Shown: positions 27,506 to 40,395 of the stretch, piece by piece | How the letters are laid out: every line of letters starts with the position of its first letter | How positions within the stretch are numbered: position 1 is the first letter of the stretch | Source of the DNA: Azolla caroliniana | Lineage: Eukaryota; Plantae; Polypodiophyta | Length of the DNA stretch: 64,000 nucleotides | Direction: 5' to 3' | Assembly: GCA_043228905.1 (NCBI GenBank) | Contig: JBHGNT010000006.1 | Span: 18,662,001-18,726,000, forward strand | Notes under the pieces: generated by a model | The model's input: the letters and a program-made list of their open reading frames with translations, nothing else | Database searches by the model: none | What the model was told of the DNA's origin: nothing | Made by a program: the position numbers and the translations under genes

Positions 27506-28261
27506 CATCTTGTGTTGATAAAATTTCGGATCCAACCCTTTCATGTTGAAAAGAATAGCGTGCGGAAGCAAATAGAAAACCAAACACAGAAACACAGGTT
27601 TAATGGAGAGCTTGAATATATACAGTACGCAGGAGAGACAGAGAGAGAATGCACACAGAACTCTATTAAAAATAATACTCAATCTGCACATAGGATGTGC
27701 TTAGTGAGCACTTTTATACAAGCCCTGACTTTCGGGCCGACACAAGTATTTACAGTACTTGAATGCTCATAAATGAGCCTACTACACTAACTCCCAAAAT
27801 TATTCCTTACGAGGAATACCATACTAATGGCCTTCTGGTTTATGCACCGATACAACCACATTATGCGTACTATTTTACACACCCAGTCTACGCACTGGGT
27901 TACGCACCGTATTACGCACTCAATGTTGAGCTTGTCACTCAACACTCCCCCTCAAGCTCAACTTGAGGTTCCATCTGCTCTTTCGGATCTACGCTCCAGT
28001 TCCTTCCGGCTTCACGCCTTGCCTGTGCTCCTCGGCCCGTTCGATTCCGCATGCCTCGACCCTTTCGATCGGCTTGTCTGCTCACACGGCCCTTCTCAGC
28101 TTCCTTGTTGTTGCGGTGTTGGCGCCTCTTTTGTTGCTTTCTCTTCCGCTTGGCCCTTGGTTGATTCTGCGTATCCGAATCAAACATCTGAACCGACTCG
28201 GCTTCCTCCGATCGGTTTTCGTTTTCATTCGAGTTGGTTGTCTCAAACTCGTCTTCTGTAT

Positions 28262-30764
28262 TCTCGCCCTTGATGGAGGCGGGTGGTAAGGAGATGGAGA
28301 ATCAACAAGAAGCGATGAATATGATGATGATGATGATTAAGCGGATGCAAGAAGAGCAGCACACAATGTCAGAGATGAAATCGGCAGTAGTGCGGCTTGT
28401 GCAAAGAAACGGGGAATTCGACGGAAAGGATGTGTCACGCTATCTACATGACTACAAGACGGAGATGATGCGATGTGGGATACCGGAAGGATTGCAAGTG
28501 ATATCCTTCAGTCGGGTAGCCACGGATGAGTTACAAGAAAGAATCTTCAAGATACGGCAACAAAATCCAACATGGGAGTCCTTTGAAGAAGCTATACGAG
28601 ACGCATACGACTATCTAAGACCGAAGTAGACGAGGACATGGTCCACGAACGGCGGTCAACAGTGGGTGAAAAGCGGCCACCGACTTCCACTGAAGGAGAG
28701 CTTGATGCGGAAGGGTTCGGAGATGCATGAAAAGTCGCAAGTCGACATTGAAGGGGAGCTTAAAACCGAACCAAAGTCGAGGCCAACAAAAGACGAGGAG
28801 GAGGAAGATCGAGGACGAAAGGGTATCCCCACACTAGTTCCAGAAACTTTGGCGGTTGTGCCCGTGCACCAACCTGAGACCGGAGAGACGGAATGTGTCG
28901 GCGGAAAGGTGGAGGACCGGAAGGGCGACAAGGAAGACAAAGTAAATGAGCACGAACGAAGGGATTCCTTCACCATTGTTTCGGAGACTTCGGTAGTCGA
29001 GCCCGTGTGTCGACATAACACCGAAGATAAGGAAAGTGGCGGCAACGAAACGAAGGTCGAAGCCGATGCATACGAAGGAGAGATAGCCAAGGAGGTGGCT
29101 ATGGGTGAAACAACGGAGGACGATAATACCGTGGATTCCTATCCACTAATTCTAGAGACTTCGGCGGTTGTATTCGAGAACCAACGTGAGACCGGAGAGA
29201 CAGGAGGTGGCGGCAAGAAAGGTAAAGTCGGAAGCCGGTTCGGATGGAAGGTGATCCGGACGGGATTCCGATCCGAAAGAAAGCCAAACCGGGTGAAAGA
29301 GGATTCGACCGAAAGACGACCCGAAAGAAAGCCGAACCGGGCGAATGAGGATTCAACCGAAAGTCGACCCAAAAGAAAGCCGAACCGAAAGGAAGAGAAT
29401 TCGGCTGAAAGACGACACAAACGAAAGCCGAACCGGGCGAATGAGGATTCGGCCAAAAGACGACCCAAAAGAAAGCCGACCCGAAAAGGGGTCGACTCGA
29501 TCAAAACCGGTCGACTGAGTCTGACTTGGCCGAACGCGAATATGGATGGAAGCCGACCTAGCCGAAAGCCGATCGGACGAGACCGATCCGGAAAGAAGCT
29601 AATCCGACTCAAACGGAGGTTGGACCGGTTGAGGCTGGTGAAAACGAGGAAAAGAAAGCCAACCCGAAAGCGATAGATCGAAACCGGGCCGGAAGGAGAC
29701 CGACTCAATCAAAACCGAACAACCGATTCCGATTCGGCCGAATACGAATCCGATCGGAAGCCGATCAAACCGAAAGTTGATCGGACAAGAGCGATCCGGA
29801 AAAAAGTCAAGGTTGATGAAGACAAGAAAGAGGCCAGTAAAAGACACTACCACGAATGACAAGGGCCAAGAATATGACGAGAGAGAACAAAGAATATGGT
29901 GGATCGGATGGCGACAATGGTTCGGGTGGATAGAATGGGTCTACTCAAAATGGAGAGACAAAGTTGACATAGCGGGACAAACGGAGGATGAAGGGGAGAC
30001 AACGAGCATCGGCAACTTCGGCACATACCGGAGGATGTGCGGGTTCGGAGGGGGCGAGTGTCGTAGTGTATTCCACACACTACGTGAAAACCATAAAATA
30101 ACATATCCGATTTTAGATACATATAAATAGATAAATAATATATCAAAAGAATTTATCACGTGCATAGGGCAAGATTTGAACCATGCACCTCCACGTAGAT
30201 AAACCCCAACTTTACCATTGTAATAACTTATCTTTAGTGTTATAAATATAGATTTAACACGTATAAGACCTTTATTTACACATACCTTTATTAAAAGATA
30301 AAAATCATGTATTCTTTAGAGTGTGAATATTTTATTTACACGTGACATTAAAAGAGACTCATGCACATCTAGCGTGCACGAGCCCTATATTTAGAAAGTG
30401 ATAAAACATCACATGCACATTTAGTGTGCATGGACACTTTAAGCGAAAAAGCATGAAGCCATGCTTAGCCTCTTCCATCTTTATATAAGGAGGAGAAAAA
30501 TATGTATATGGTTGTTGATTAATATAGAAGAATTGATCAATCTAATATATTCGTGGGATTCACGAATTTTGCCATCTAAATTACTCTTATAATCTAAATA
30601 TTGTTTTAAAATACACTAAACTCGTGGGATTCACGAGATTACTATCTTACTTCTCTTCCTATTATTCATAACTAGCCTTAAGTTGTATTCCTCTTCCTCC
30701 TAGTCCAAAACCTCGGCGGTTCCCACCCGACTCACGCAACGATCCGGAGCCGAAGGGCTCGACA
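28262..30764 (+). mobile_element. Non-autonomous gypsy-related element B (5' LTR lost): gag-N fragment, repeat ORF, 3' LTR 30059-30764
   Basis: VVRLVQRNGEFDGKDVSRYL gag-N (28234-28629); ETSAV-repeat ORF 28666-29676; WWIGWRQWFGW motif; PPT; LTR TGTCGTAG...CTCGACA. Confidence 0.8.
30161..30228 (-). ncRNA. tRNA-like A/B-box module within LTR B
   Basis: Minus strand: TTACAATGGTAAAG...GAGGTGCATGGTTCAAATCTTGCCC, with a TTTT run ~15 nt downstream. Confidence 0.55.
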
Positions 30765-30846
30765 CCGTACCTAGGAGGAGTTCGAAGGTCGAATCCTAGA
30801 AAAATACGGGCTGGACGACGCGCTCCGGCTTTCGAAACGGGACTTC

Positions 30847-32622
30847 ATGGAGTGGGTGGAGTTCCCCGGCAAGGGAAGAAACGCGTCGGCACTCCTCCGG
30901 GAGTTTGAAGAACGCTTTGCGTGCCTTTCGGCGCTTGACCGAACCATTCTGGATACGAGCCGGGTCCTACTGTTCGTCAAGTCGGTGGACGAGCGGGACC
31001 GGGATCAAGTCGGCTCCTTGCTGGAAACCGAAGACGGGCTGACGACCGGTTGGGCTGCGGTTAAGAGAGTTTGTGGCCGTTTCGACAAACGGCGAGAATG
31101 GGCTGACAACGGCGCGGCTGGTGCGGGCTCTATCACAGCAAGGAGGCTTGAACCGGCACCGCAAGGGCAAAGGGAAGAAACCCGGGAATGGCTCGAAACC
31201 GGTCCGGCTTCGACCGGCATGGTCAGTGGCTCGTCCGGAGGAGCAGCGCTGGAGGAGTTGATGCGGGCGATAAAGGATCTCCAGATCGCCCAGACTCGAA
31301 GGGAAGGCGGCGAACCGGCTCGTGACCGACGGCCGATGGCAGGGAACAGGTGCATGTGGTGCGATGAGGTCGGCCACATCCGGAAGGACTGCGGCGATTT
31401 CGCAGAAGTGTTGAGGAACCGGGTGGTGTACCTGTGGGAAGGCCGGGTGCACGCCGGCGACACCAGAAGGGCCCTAAACCAAAACGACAGGCGAGGAGGA
31501 ATGAAGAGACTGATGGAAGAGGCAGCGGCCCGACACGTGGAGGCCATCCACTACTCGGCGTCGGCCGGCATTCGGGTCGGGGGCAGCGAGGCCCGAAAGG
31601 AGGGCAAAGACGGATTCTGGTCGGCAATGCTGGAAGGTCTTGCCGGCGCACGACTAAGGAAAGATGAAATGGACCGCGCTGAGAGACGGGTCCGGGAAAT
31701 AACCGGGTGGAGCGATCCGGTCGAGGAGAAGACGGGCTTCGTAGAAGCCGCTTGCCGGAACTACGAGGCTCTGGTAGAAGACAAACGAGTGGGGAAAACC
31801 GGAGCGGCCGGGCCCCCACAACGGTACGAGACCCGATTAGGGCAACGACGGAACGATGCCGGTGGGTCTAGCTCGCAAGATAACCCCAGGAAGGGCGGAT
31901 ACCGACTGGGGACGGAAATAGAAAGGACTACGGACCTACGAAAGGTCCTAGAGGAACGGATCCTCGACAGCAAGGTGGAGCTGTCATTGCGAGAGGTGCT
32001 AGGGATTGCCAAGAAGGAGTTCCACGACTCCATTGTGGGCCTGGTGAAACGGAAGAGGCTGTCGACGGAGACGGAACCGGAAAGACCGGTGGAGGTGCGG
32101 ACGACGCACATCGACGACATGGCGCTGGAAGGTGAGTGGGCGGAGAGCCACTATTCGAGGCCGCACTAGGCCCGAGCGACCACGGAGACCCCGGTAAAGA
32201 TCAGAGATGTTCAGGAACCAGTGGTGGCATTGGTGGACCACGGTTCGGAAATAAACCTGATGTCCATGGACTTCTATAAGAAGGGAAAGTGGCCGATCAA
32301 CACCAAGCACGGGTGGAAGATACGGGCGGCGACGCGCGCCACTAAGGAACTGCACGGGGCTTGCCCGAACGTGCGAGTCAAGATCGGCAACGTCGAGATT
32401 GACCATCACTTCTTCGTACAGGAGACGTCCTCGCATCCGGTCATATTAGGGGAACCATACATCACGGCGGCGAGAATGGAGACCAAGGTGCTAGACAACG
32501 GTTCGGCCTACGCGAGGGTCAAAAGCCAGGACGGGCGCCATTCGGTCCAATTTCTAACGGTGCGACCGAACCACGAGCGAAACTGCGAATCCCTCGGTGG
32601 CGAGAACCGGGAGGATTTTTAG
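30847..32622 (+). pseudogene. Element F gag-protease
   Basis: ORFs 30847-32169 and 32221-32622 are in the same frame, split by one TAG at a position that is Trp in element D. Confidence 0.85.
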
Positions 32623-32678
32623 AGAGGACTGCCAAGGCGTGGGGCCAAGACAGTCCGGACACTCGGGAAAGACCCCAC
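32613..32678 (+). other. Putative -1 ribosomal frameshift signal (G GAU UUU UAG plus pseudoknot), element F
   Basis: Heptamer GGATTTT, 6-nt spacer, stem GGACTG/CAGTCC, loop GTGGGG complementary to downstream CCCCAC; same architecture at 55098-55160. Confidence 0.75.
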
Positions 32679-35468
32679 GACTGTACGATAGAACCGAAAC
32701 CGAAGGAACCTTGTACGATAGGTAGGAAATTTTGCTTCTCCGACAACGGAGGGTGTATGATAGTCGGCATCGTTGGCCGAGAAAAGACAAGGGCGGAAGT
32801 GCAACTTCGAGCGTGCGGAGTTCTCGGCCCGGACGAGGAAATCAGCGGGGCCGTGGAGGCGGTCTCCTTCGACGACACCTTGGGGATGTTGAGGAAGGTT
32901 GCCGGAGAAGACCTTAACGAAGACCGGACGATACCGGTATGTTCCGAAGAGATGTACGAAGTCATCGCGAACTTCAGCCAGGGGCTCCGGTCGGATCGGA
33001 CGGCCCGAGTAAGCATGAAGTACAAGATTGTGGACCTGAAGGTAAGGCCAGTCGTGGCACCCTTACCGGAGGGCAGCGAGTCCCGAATCAGAGGGGTTGC
33101 GTCGGACCCCAGTTTACGAGATCCGGCCTGCATAGGACACACCTTCACCGACGGGACGCTCCGGGAGCTCAAGATCGGTGGGGGCGGGTTTCTACTGCCG
33201 GCAGAGGAAGACCGGTTTCGGAGAATGCTCGGAAGGCACGGGAAAGCCTTCGCATTCTCGCCGGAAGAGATCGGGTGCGTAGACCCGACAATCGTGGAGC
33301 CGATGGTGATATTCACGGTACCGCATGTGCCGTGGAATCTCAAGCCGATTCCAGTACCAAGAGCTCACATCCCGGAGTTGATGGAGCTACTGAGGCAAAA
33401 AGTCGATATGGGTATTCTCGAACCGTTGAGCGCGCCATACTCGAACCGATGGTTTACCGTACCAAAGAAAAACGGAACATTGCGCTTCATTCAGGACCTG
33501 CAGTCGGTCAACAGAGTGACCATTCGGAACGCAGGAATCAGACCGACCATAGACGAGTTCGCGGAGGCCTTCGCCGGAAGGTCGATTTACTCGGTCGGTG
33601 ATCTATACTCGGGGTACGACCAGTTCCAGCTAGCCGTGGAGAGCAGAGACATTACGACGATGCGAACTCCCCTCGGCCTAGTGCGAATGTGTACCCTGCC
33701 GCAAGGAGGGACCAACTCGGTGGCCCATATGGTGAATGCAATGAATAAGGTACTGAGGGATTGCATCCCGGACATCACCATGCCGTTTCTAGAAGACATC
33801 CCTATCAAAGGGTGCCGGGTGGAAGAGAAGGACGAGACACTCGGGCCGGACGGATGCCGGCGATTCGTGGCAACACACATCGACGACTGCGAGAAGGTGC
33901 TACAAAGGCTAGAGGATGCGAGGCTCACCTTTTCCGGGGAGAAATCGGCCTTTGGGCAATCAGAAATCCTGGTGGTCGGACACCTATGTGGACCATATGG
34001 CCGGAAGCCGTCTCCGGCAAAGGTAGAAGCCATCTCCGCGATGAAGACCGACTGTAGCTCGGTTACGGAAGTTCGGAGGTTCCTGGGGGCATGCGCGTTC
34101 TACCACATATGGATCCCGCATTACGCCCACGTTGCGGAGCCACTATACGGGTTGCTGAAAAAGGGGCGAAAATTCGAGTGGCGAGACGAGCACACGGAGT
34201 CGGTCCGGAAGCTGAAGGAAGCTCTTGTGGCAGCACCAGCGCTCCGGAAGGCTGTCTACGAGAAGGGTACCCCGGTATACATAACGGTGGATATGAGCCC
34301 AACCGGGATAGGATGGGTCGTCAACCAAAAAGACAAGGACGGCATTCGGTTCCCGATCCGATTCGGCGCGAAGGTCCTTAGTGAGCGACAGCGAGGGTAC
34401 GCCCAGGTTAAACGCGAACTCTGGGGTATCGTTTTGGTAGTAAAGGCCGACAAAGACTACCTGATCGGGACAGAAGTGGTTATCGAGACGGATTGCCTGC
34501 CGATTCTCGGCATGGTTTCCGGATGCGCGACACCGGACCTGGCGATGCTCCGGTGGATAGCGTACATCAAGTCCCTGGACCCGGAAATACGGCACATTTC
34601 CGGAAAGGACAACGCCATGGCCGACATGCTTTCGAGGGCGAGGTTTGATGACGAGGGCGGCATGGTTTCGGAGGACGAAGAAGTCGGCGTGGACTTCTTT
34701 GAGGCGGCGTACGTGACGACCGATGGGACGAGCACTCCGACACTTAACGACTTCGACGAGAGCAGGTACGACGGCGAGTGGCTCCAGATTGGTGGATTTT
34801 TGAGGACAATGACGCCGGATGCGTTATGGACGAAGGACGAGGCCAACCGGATCCGGAAGAAAGCTTACCGATTCTTTCTCTGGGACGGATACTTATGGAA
34901 GCACCCGAAGAAGAGGAACGACGTCCCGCTCCGGGTGGTGGCGATGAAGGAAGATCAGGAGGAGCTGCTGATGGCTTACCACCACAGCCCTTGGGCTGGA
35001 CACCGTGGAACGTGGGCCACGTTCGAGAAGATAAAGGGGAAGTACTGGTGGCCGGGACTGTACCGGGTCGTGCATCGGTTCGTGACAACTTGCGAGAGCT
35101 GTCAGATGCACTCCGTAGTCCGACATCGGGACGAGCTTCACCCTACGTACCCTCCGACCATCCACTTCAAATGGATGGTAGACCTGGTGACGATGCCGAT
35201 GGGAGTAGGACAGATGCGGTATCTAGTCCTGGCTCGGGAAGATCTGACGAACCAGGTAGAAGGCCGAGCCCTTCAGAACAAGACGACCGCGGCCGTATGT
35301 CGGTTCCTGATCGAGGACATGATATGCCGGTACGGGTGCGTCGGGAAGATCGTGGCTGATCGCGGGGAGTTGGACGCCGAAGACCCCGAGGAGCTGTTCG
35401 ACCGGCTAGGAGTCAAGCTCTCGCTTACCACTGCGTACAATCCGGAGGCGAATGGGAAGGTGGAGCGC

Positions 35469-38400
35469 TGTCGTGAAGATCCGTCACTACGCGCGGATCG
35501 TGAGGCGGAACCGCCGGGGTTCTGGACCAGAAGGATTTAGAGTCGATACAAGCTTTGGCGAGAAAGTACTTAAGATAGATTGGGAAAGAGAGAAGTTGAG
35601 ATTACACGATCAATTTGATAACGAATTTCTTCCTCTTAATTTTCATAAAAAAAAACCGTGTTTTTTCTCCTCCCCCTTCCCTCTTTTATAGATGCTCTCA
35701 TGCATATGATGCATGTGAGGGTACAAGACATGCATAAATTGCATGTTTGCCATTTGGCGCTTATGTATTACATGTGGTGCATGATAACCATGTCACTCAT
35801 TTTAGTTCTCATGTATGAGAATTTACATGTAAAAGTACAAAAATATAATTTCAATTAAATAGCATGGCTTAATGGTAAGCCATTTGACTCCTAACTTGGA
35901 GGTGCAAGGTTCGAATCCTTACTTGCCCTCCTTGTATATGTAAATATGTATATATATTTATATATTTATTTATCTAGTCGCCGTACGATTCATGTTGGCT
36001 AGTGTGACCTTCTCGAACTTCTTCGCTAGCTCTTCAATGATGTCGTCATCAATCTTCTTTTCTTCCATATTACTTTGTCTCGGCGGCTCAGCTACTTTCG
36101 GCGATCTTGCTTTCTCCGTGGTAGTCGGTCCCGTCAAGTCGGTGTCATCAACCCATTGGCGACGCTTGTCGAGCCTATTGCATGCCCGCTTCACCGCGAT
36201 CTAGTCCGCTACGAGCCCATTTGCTTGGGTATCATCTTCGAGAAGAGTCCCCAACTCCCGTCTATCCTTTATGTCCACGGCCTTCAAGAAGTACAAAGTC
36301 TTGTCCTCTTCAAGCAACACTTGGTCCGTATTGGGGAGACGACTAAACATCTGGTCGAATTCGTCGTACACCCTCGAGACGCTCATCTTCTTATTCTTCT
36401 TCTCTATCCACTTCATCAGGGCATGTCGAGTCATCCTCGTTGAGTCTTCATCCTCGTTGTGCCTCGGACACGTCCCTTTGATTCATCTCCCTCTTATATG
36501 CATCAAGGAACTTCGTAACGTTCCTTCGATCGAATTGGCCCTCGAGCTCTACGACACGATCGACAGCCTTCTCCACGCTCGCGTCGTTGTCCCGAGATCT
36601 CATCATTTGCTGGACGATTAGCATCATCCTTTCGAGCTCTCCTGCTTGGTTGCTTGAGGACGCCATCTCCAAGTATTAATCTCGACTTGATCTTTTCTAC
36701 CGCCTCTTTCACGTCGGGTTCACCACTTGATTATGTCGTGAAGATCCGTCACTACGCGCGGATCGTGAGGCGGAACCGCCGGGGTTCTGGACCAGAAGGA
36801 TTTAGAGTCGATACAAGCTTTGGCGAGAAAGTACTTAAGATAGATTGGGAAAGAGAGAAGTTGAGATTACACGATCAATTTGATAACGAATTTCTTCCTC
36901 TTAATTTTCATAAAAAAAAACCGTGTTTTTTCTCCTCCCCCTTCCCTCTTTTATAGATGCTCTCATGCATATGATGCATGTGAGGGTACAAGACATGCAT
37001 AAATTGCATGTTTGCCATTTGGCGCTTATGTATTACATGTGGTGCATGATAACCATGTCACTCATTTTAGTTCTCATGTATGAGAATTTACATGTAAAAG
37101 TACAAAAATATAATTTCAATTAAATAGCATGGCTTAATGGTAAGCCATTTGACTCCTAACTTGGAGGTGCAAGGTTCGAATCCTTACTTGCCCTCCTTGT
37201 ATATGTAAATATGTATATATATTTATATATTTATTTATCTAGTCGCCGTACGATTCATGTTGGCTAGTGTGACCTTCTCGAACTTCTTCGCTAGCTCTTC
37301 AATGATGTCGTCATCAATCTTCTTTTCTTCCATATTACTTTGTCTCGGCGGCTCAGCTACTTTCGGCGATCTTGCTTTCTCCGTGGTAGTCGGTCCCGTC
37401 AAGTCGGTGTCATCAACCCATTGGCGACGCTTGTCGAGCCTATTGCATGCCCGCTTCACCGCGATCTAGTCCGCTACGAGCCCATTTGCTTGGGTATCAT
37501 CTTCGAGAAGAGTCCCCAACTCCCGTCTATCCTTTATGTCCACGGCCTTCAAGAAGTACAAAGTCTTGTCCTCTTCAAGCAACACTTGGTCCGTATTGGG
37601 GAGACGACTAAACATCTGGTCGAATTCGTCGTACACCCTCGAGACGCTCATCTTCTTATTCTTCTTCTCTATCCACTTCATCAGGGCATGTCGAGTCATC
37701 CTCGTTGAGTCTTCATCCTCGTTGTGCCTCGGACACGTCCCTTTGATTCATCTCCCTCTTATATGCATCAAGGAACTTCGTAACGTTCCTTCGATCGAAT
37801 TGGCCCTCGAGCTCTACGACACGATCGACAGCCTTCTCCACGCTCGCGTCGTTGTCCCGAGATCTCATCATTTGCTGGACGATTAGCATCATCCTTTCGA
37901 GCTCTCCTGCTTGGTTGCTTGAGGACGCCATCTCCAAGTATTAATCTCTACTTGATCTTTTCTACCGCCTCTTTCACGTCGGGTTCACCACTTGATTATG
38001 TCGTGAAGATCCGTCACTACGCGCGGATCGTGAGGCGGAACCGCCGGGGTTCTGGACCAGAAGGATTTAGAGTCGATACAAGCTTTGGCGAGAAAGTACT
38101 TAAGATAGATTGGGAAAGAGAGAAGTTGAGATTACACGATCAATTTGATAACGAATTTCTTCCTCTTAATTTTCATAAAAAAAAACCGTGTTTTTTCTCC
38201 TCCCCCTTCCCTCTTTTATAGATGCTCTCATGCATATGATGCATGTGAGGGTACAAGACATGCATAAATTGCATGTTTGCCATTTGGCGCTTATGTATTA
38301 CATGTGGTGCATGATAACCATGTCACTCATTTTAGTTCTCATGTATGAGAATTTACATGTAAAAGTACAAAAATATAATTTCAATTAAATAGCATGGCTT

Positions 38401-39037
38401 AATGGTAAGCTATTTGACTCCTAACTTGGAGGTGCAAGGTTCGAATCCTTACTTGCCCTCCTTGTATATGTAAATATGTATATATATTTATATATTTATT
38501 TATCTAGTCGCCGGATGCCGGTTCGCCGGATGCCGTCGCCGGATACCAGTGCCACCGCCGGATGTCGTCGGTTACCGGTGCCGGATGCCGTCGGATCACC
38601 GTCGCCGTATTGCCGTCGGATGCCGCCGGATACCGGTGCCGCCGCCGGTCCGGTTTTGGTTGGCCAAAACCCTTTACGAGTAGCTAGGCCACCTCCACTC
38701 TTAGTTCAAGTTACCTTGAACTCTCTATGCTCCACACATAGAGATAAAGATAATATCTTTTGCTCCACCTTATATATGATGAGAGCTGTATTTGTCGTGC
38801 CTATGTGGGATATCTCACAATTTTCTCCTTTCCTTTTACAAACTTTATACCCTCATATCTTGACATTTAGTTGTCCGTTTCTCGTGTAATAAAGTGCATT
38901 CGAAACCTCCATAATTTTGTACTTAGATATTAAATCTATTTAAAATGTTATCTTCACAATTATTGTACTACGTGATTCATACTCGATTTCGTACGTTTTA
39001 TAGGATTTTCACACTATTGCTGAAAATCTTCACGACA
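35469..39037 (-). mobile_element. Element C: deleted, tandemly duplicated derivative of family D with one full and two half LTRs
   Basis: Full LTR 37999-39037; 1265-bp units starting at 35469 and 36734, each half LTR + gag fragment + PBS; 4-bp TSD GCGC/ACGC. Confidence 0.92.
35861..35928 (+). ncRNA. tRNA-like A/B-box module within LTR C (further copies at 37126-37193 and 38391-38458)
   Basis: TGGCTTAATGGTAAGCC (A box, D-stem GGCTT/AAGCC), loop CTCCTAA, AAGG-TTCGAAT-CCTT (consensus B box GGTTCGAATCC). Confidence 0.75.
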
Positions 39038-40395
39038 ACGCGGACACGGACCGATCGTCAAGGCGTTAGTTCGGGCATGCGGGGGGCAAGTCGGGAACTG
39101 GCTGTGGCTGCTGCCTTACGGGTTGTGGGCTGACCGAACTACGCATAGTTCGGTAACCGGATTCATGCCGGCAGAGCTCATGTTTGGGCAGAAGCCGGTC
39201 ATGCCGATGGAACGTACGATCTCCTCGTGGGCAACTGTGGACTGGAGAGACGAGATGAGCCGGGAGGAACTGCTGGCGGCGCGTATACGACAGCTCCAAC
39301 GAAGACCGGAGGACGTGGAGCAGGCTGCGGAAAAGCTTCGGGAAGCAAGGATGAGGAACAAAGCCCGGTTCGACCGAACGCACCAGCTCCGACCGAAGAA
39401 GATTGAGGAAGGCGACTGGGTGCTAGTCTACGACAGCAACCTCGACAACCAGCACCGAGCGACATGGAAGTTCGCAAGAAGGTGGTTCGGGCCTTACGTG
39501 GTACAAAGCGCCAATGACAACGGGACGTACCATCTGGCGGAACTCGACGGCACGAGAGTGGCGATACCGGTAGCTGGGAAGCGGATCAAAGCGTTCAAGA
39601 AGCGTCACGACGACGAGCCGGATCCGGATAACCTGGACCGGGACGACGAACGATCTGAAACCGAGGAAGGACCGACGGGCGGGGAATGAAGGCTGAACCG
39701 GTTTTCTCCGTCCCAACTCAATTTGGCGCATGCCGGTGGATGCGCGGTTAGGTGGGGGCGGATGTCGTGAAGAAAACCGTCCACAAGCGGAATCGGTGCG
39801 CCAGAGCATAGGAACCGGCTCTTCACGCACGTACGCCTTGTGTCGAACATAGGAGAGAATTAGGGACATGGGAGATCCTAGGTAGGTAGATTCGGTAGGT
39901 AGAAAGTTAATAGGAAACGGCTCCCTTCTTGCCTATAAAAGGAGGGAGACGAGGAGGAAGGGATCGCGAAGAGTCAAGGACGAAGTGCTGTCGGGCTGTC
40001 GGTCGAAGGCTTCTCTCTCTTCCATACTCCATAGCTTCTTTCTGTGCAGGTTTCGGGAGGCTCGCGCTGCTCTAAGGAATGCTTGAGTGCTTCCGGCAGC
40101 ACCTCCAACCTACACCTTTCTTTCTGTGCGTTTACGAACAGGCATCGACATCTGTTCGCCGGCCTGTTCGATTGTAACCGACTTCGTGTTCTTGTTGTTG
40201 TTGTCTTTGTTAATACATACATACATTCGTGTCTCTCTGTGTCGCTGTCCCACTCGCGTCTTTGTGTCGAAGGGCCGTGTCCCTGTGAATCCACGCTCGC
40301 ACATAGTGGGTCTCTTCTCCTTTCTCTCTTGCTCTTCGGTACAGGACCCCCGAAGTCCCGCCTCATTCCACGCATCCGCGAGGAATACCTCGACA

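Larger units (their letters stand above)
32613..39689 (+). pseudogene. Element F pol (RT, RNase H, integrase) in the -1 frame, split by insertion C
   Basis: Open from the slippery site at 32613 to 35468; C-terminal integrase ORF 39123-39689. Confidence 0.88.
30765..40395 (+). mobile_element. Ty3/gypsy element F (5'-truncated; gag-PR, RT-RH-INT, 3' LTR 39763-40395), interrupted by element C
   Basis: CMWCDEVGHIRKDC knuckle; LVDHGSEIN protease; RT DLYSGYDQF/LPQG/FLED; RNase H; integrase HHCC and DDE; reading frame resumes at 39042 (GHGP); no chromodomain. Confidence 0.92.

Noticed and set aside
29270-29490. CRISPR-like or protein-domain repeats (GAAAGCCGAACCG units, ~45 bp)
   Set aside because: Degenerate tandem minisatellite within a retroelement ORF; no unique spacers and no cas genes
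30021-30058. Self-cleaving ribozyme (twister or hammerhead) at the PPT hairpin
   Set aside because: Only a superficial GGAGGGGGCG match; catalytic cores are absent
35861-35928. Functional tRNA-Arg(CCT) gene
   Set aside because: Anticodon stem and acceptor stem do not pair; kept only as a tRNA-like module
39830-39900. tRNA-like module in LTR F (GTTCGACAC on minus strand)
   Set aside because: B-box-like word only; no A box or shared GAGGTGCAAG core
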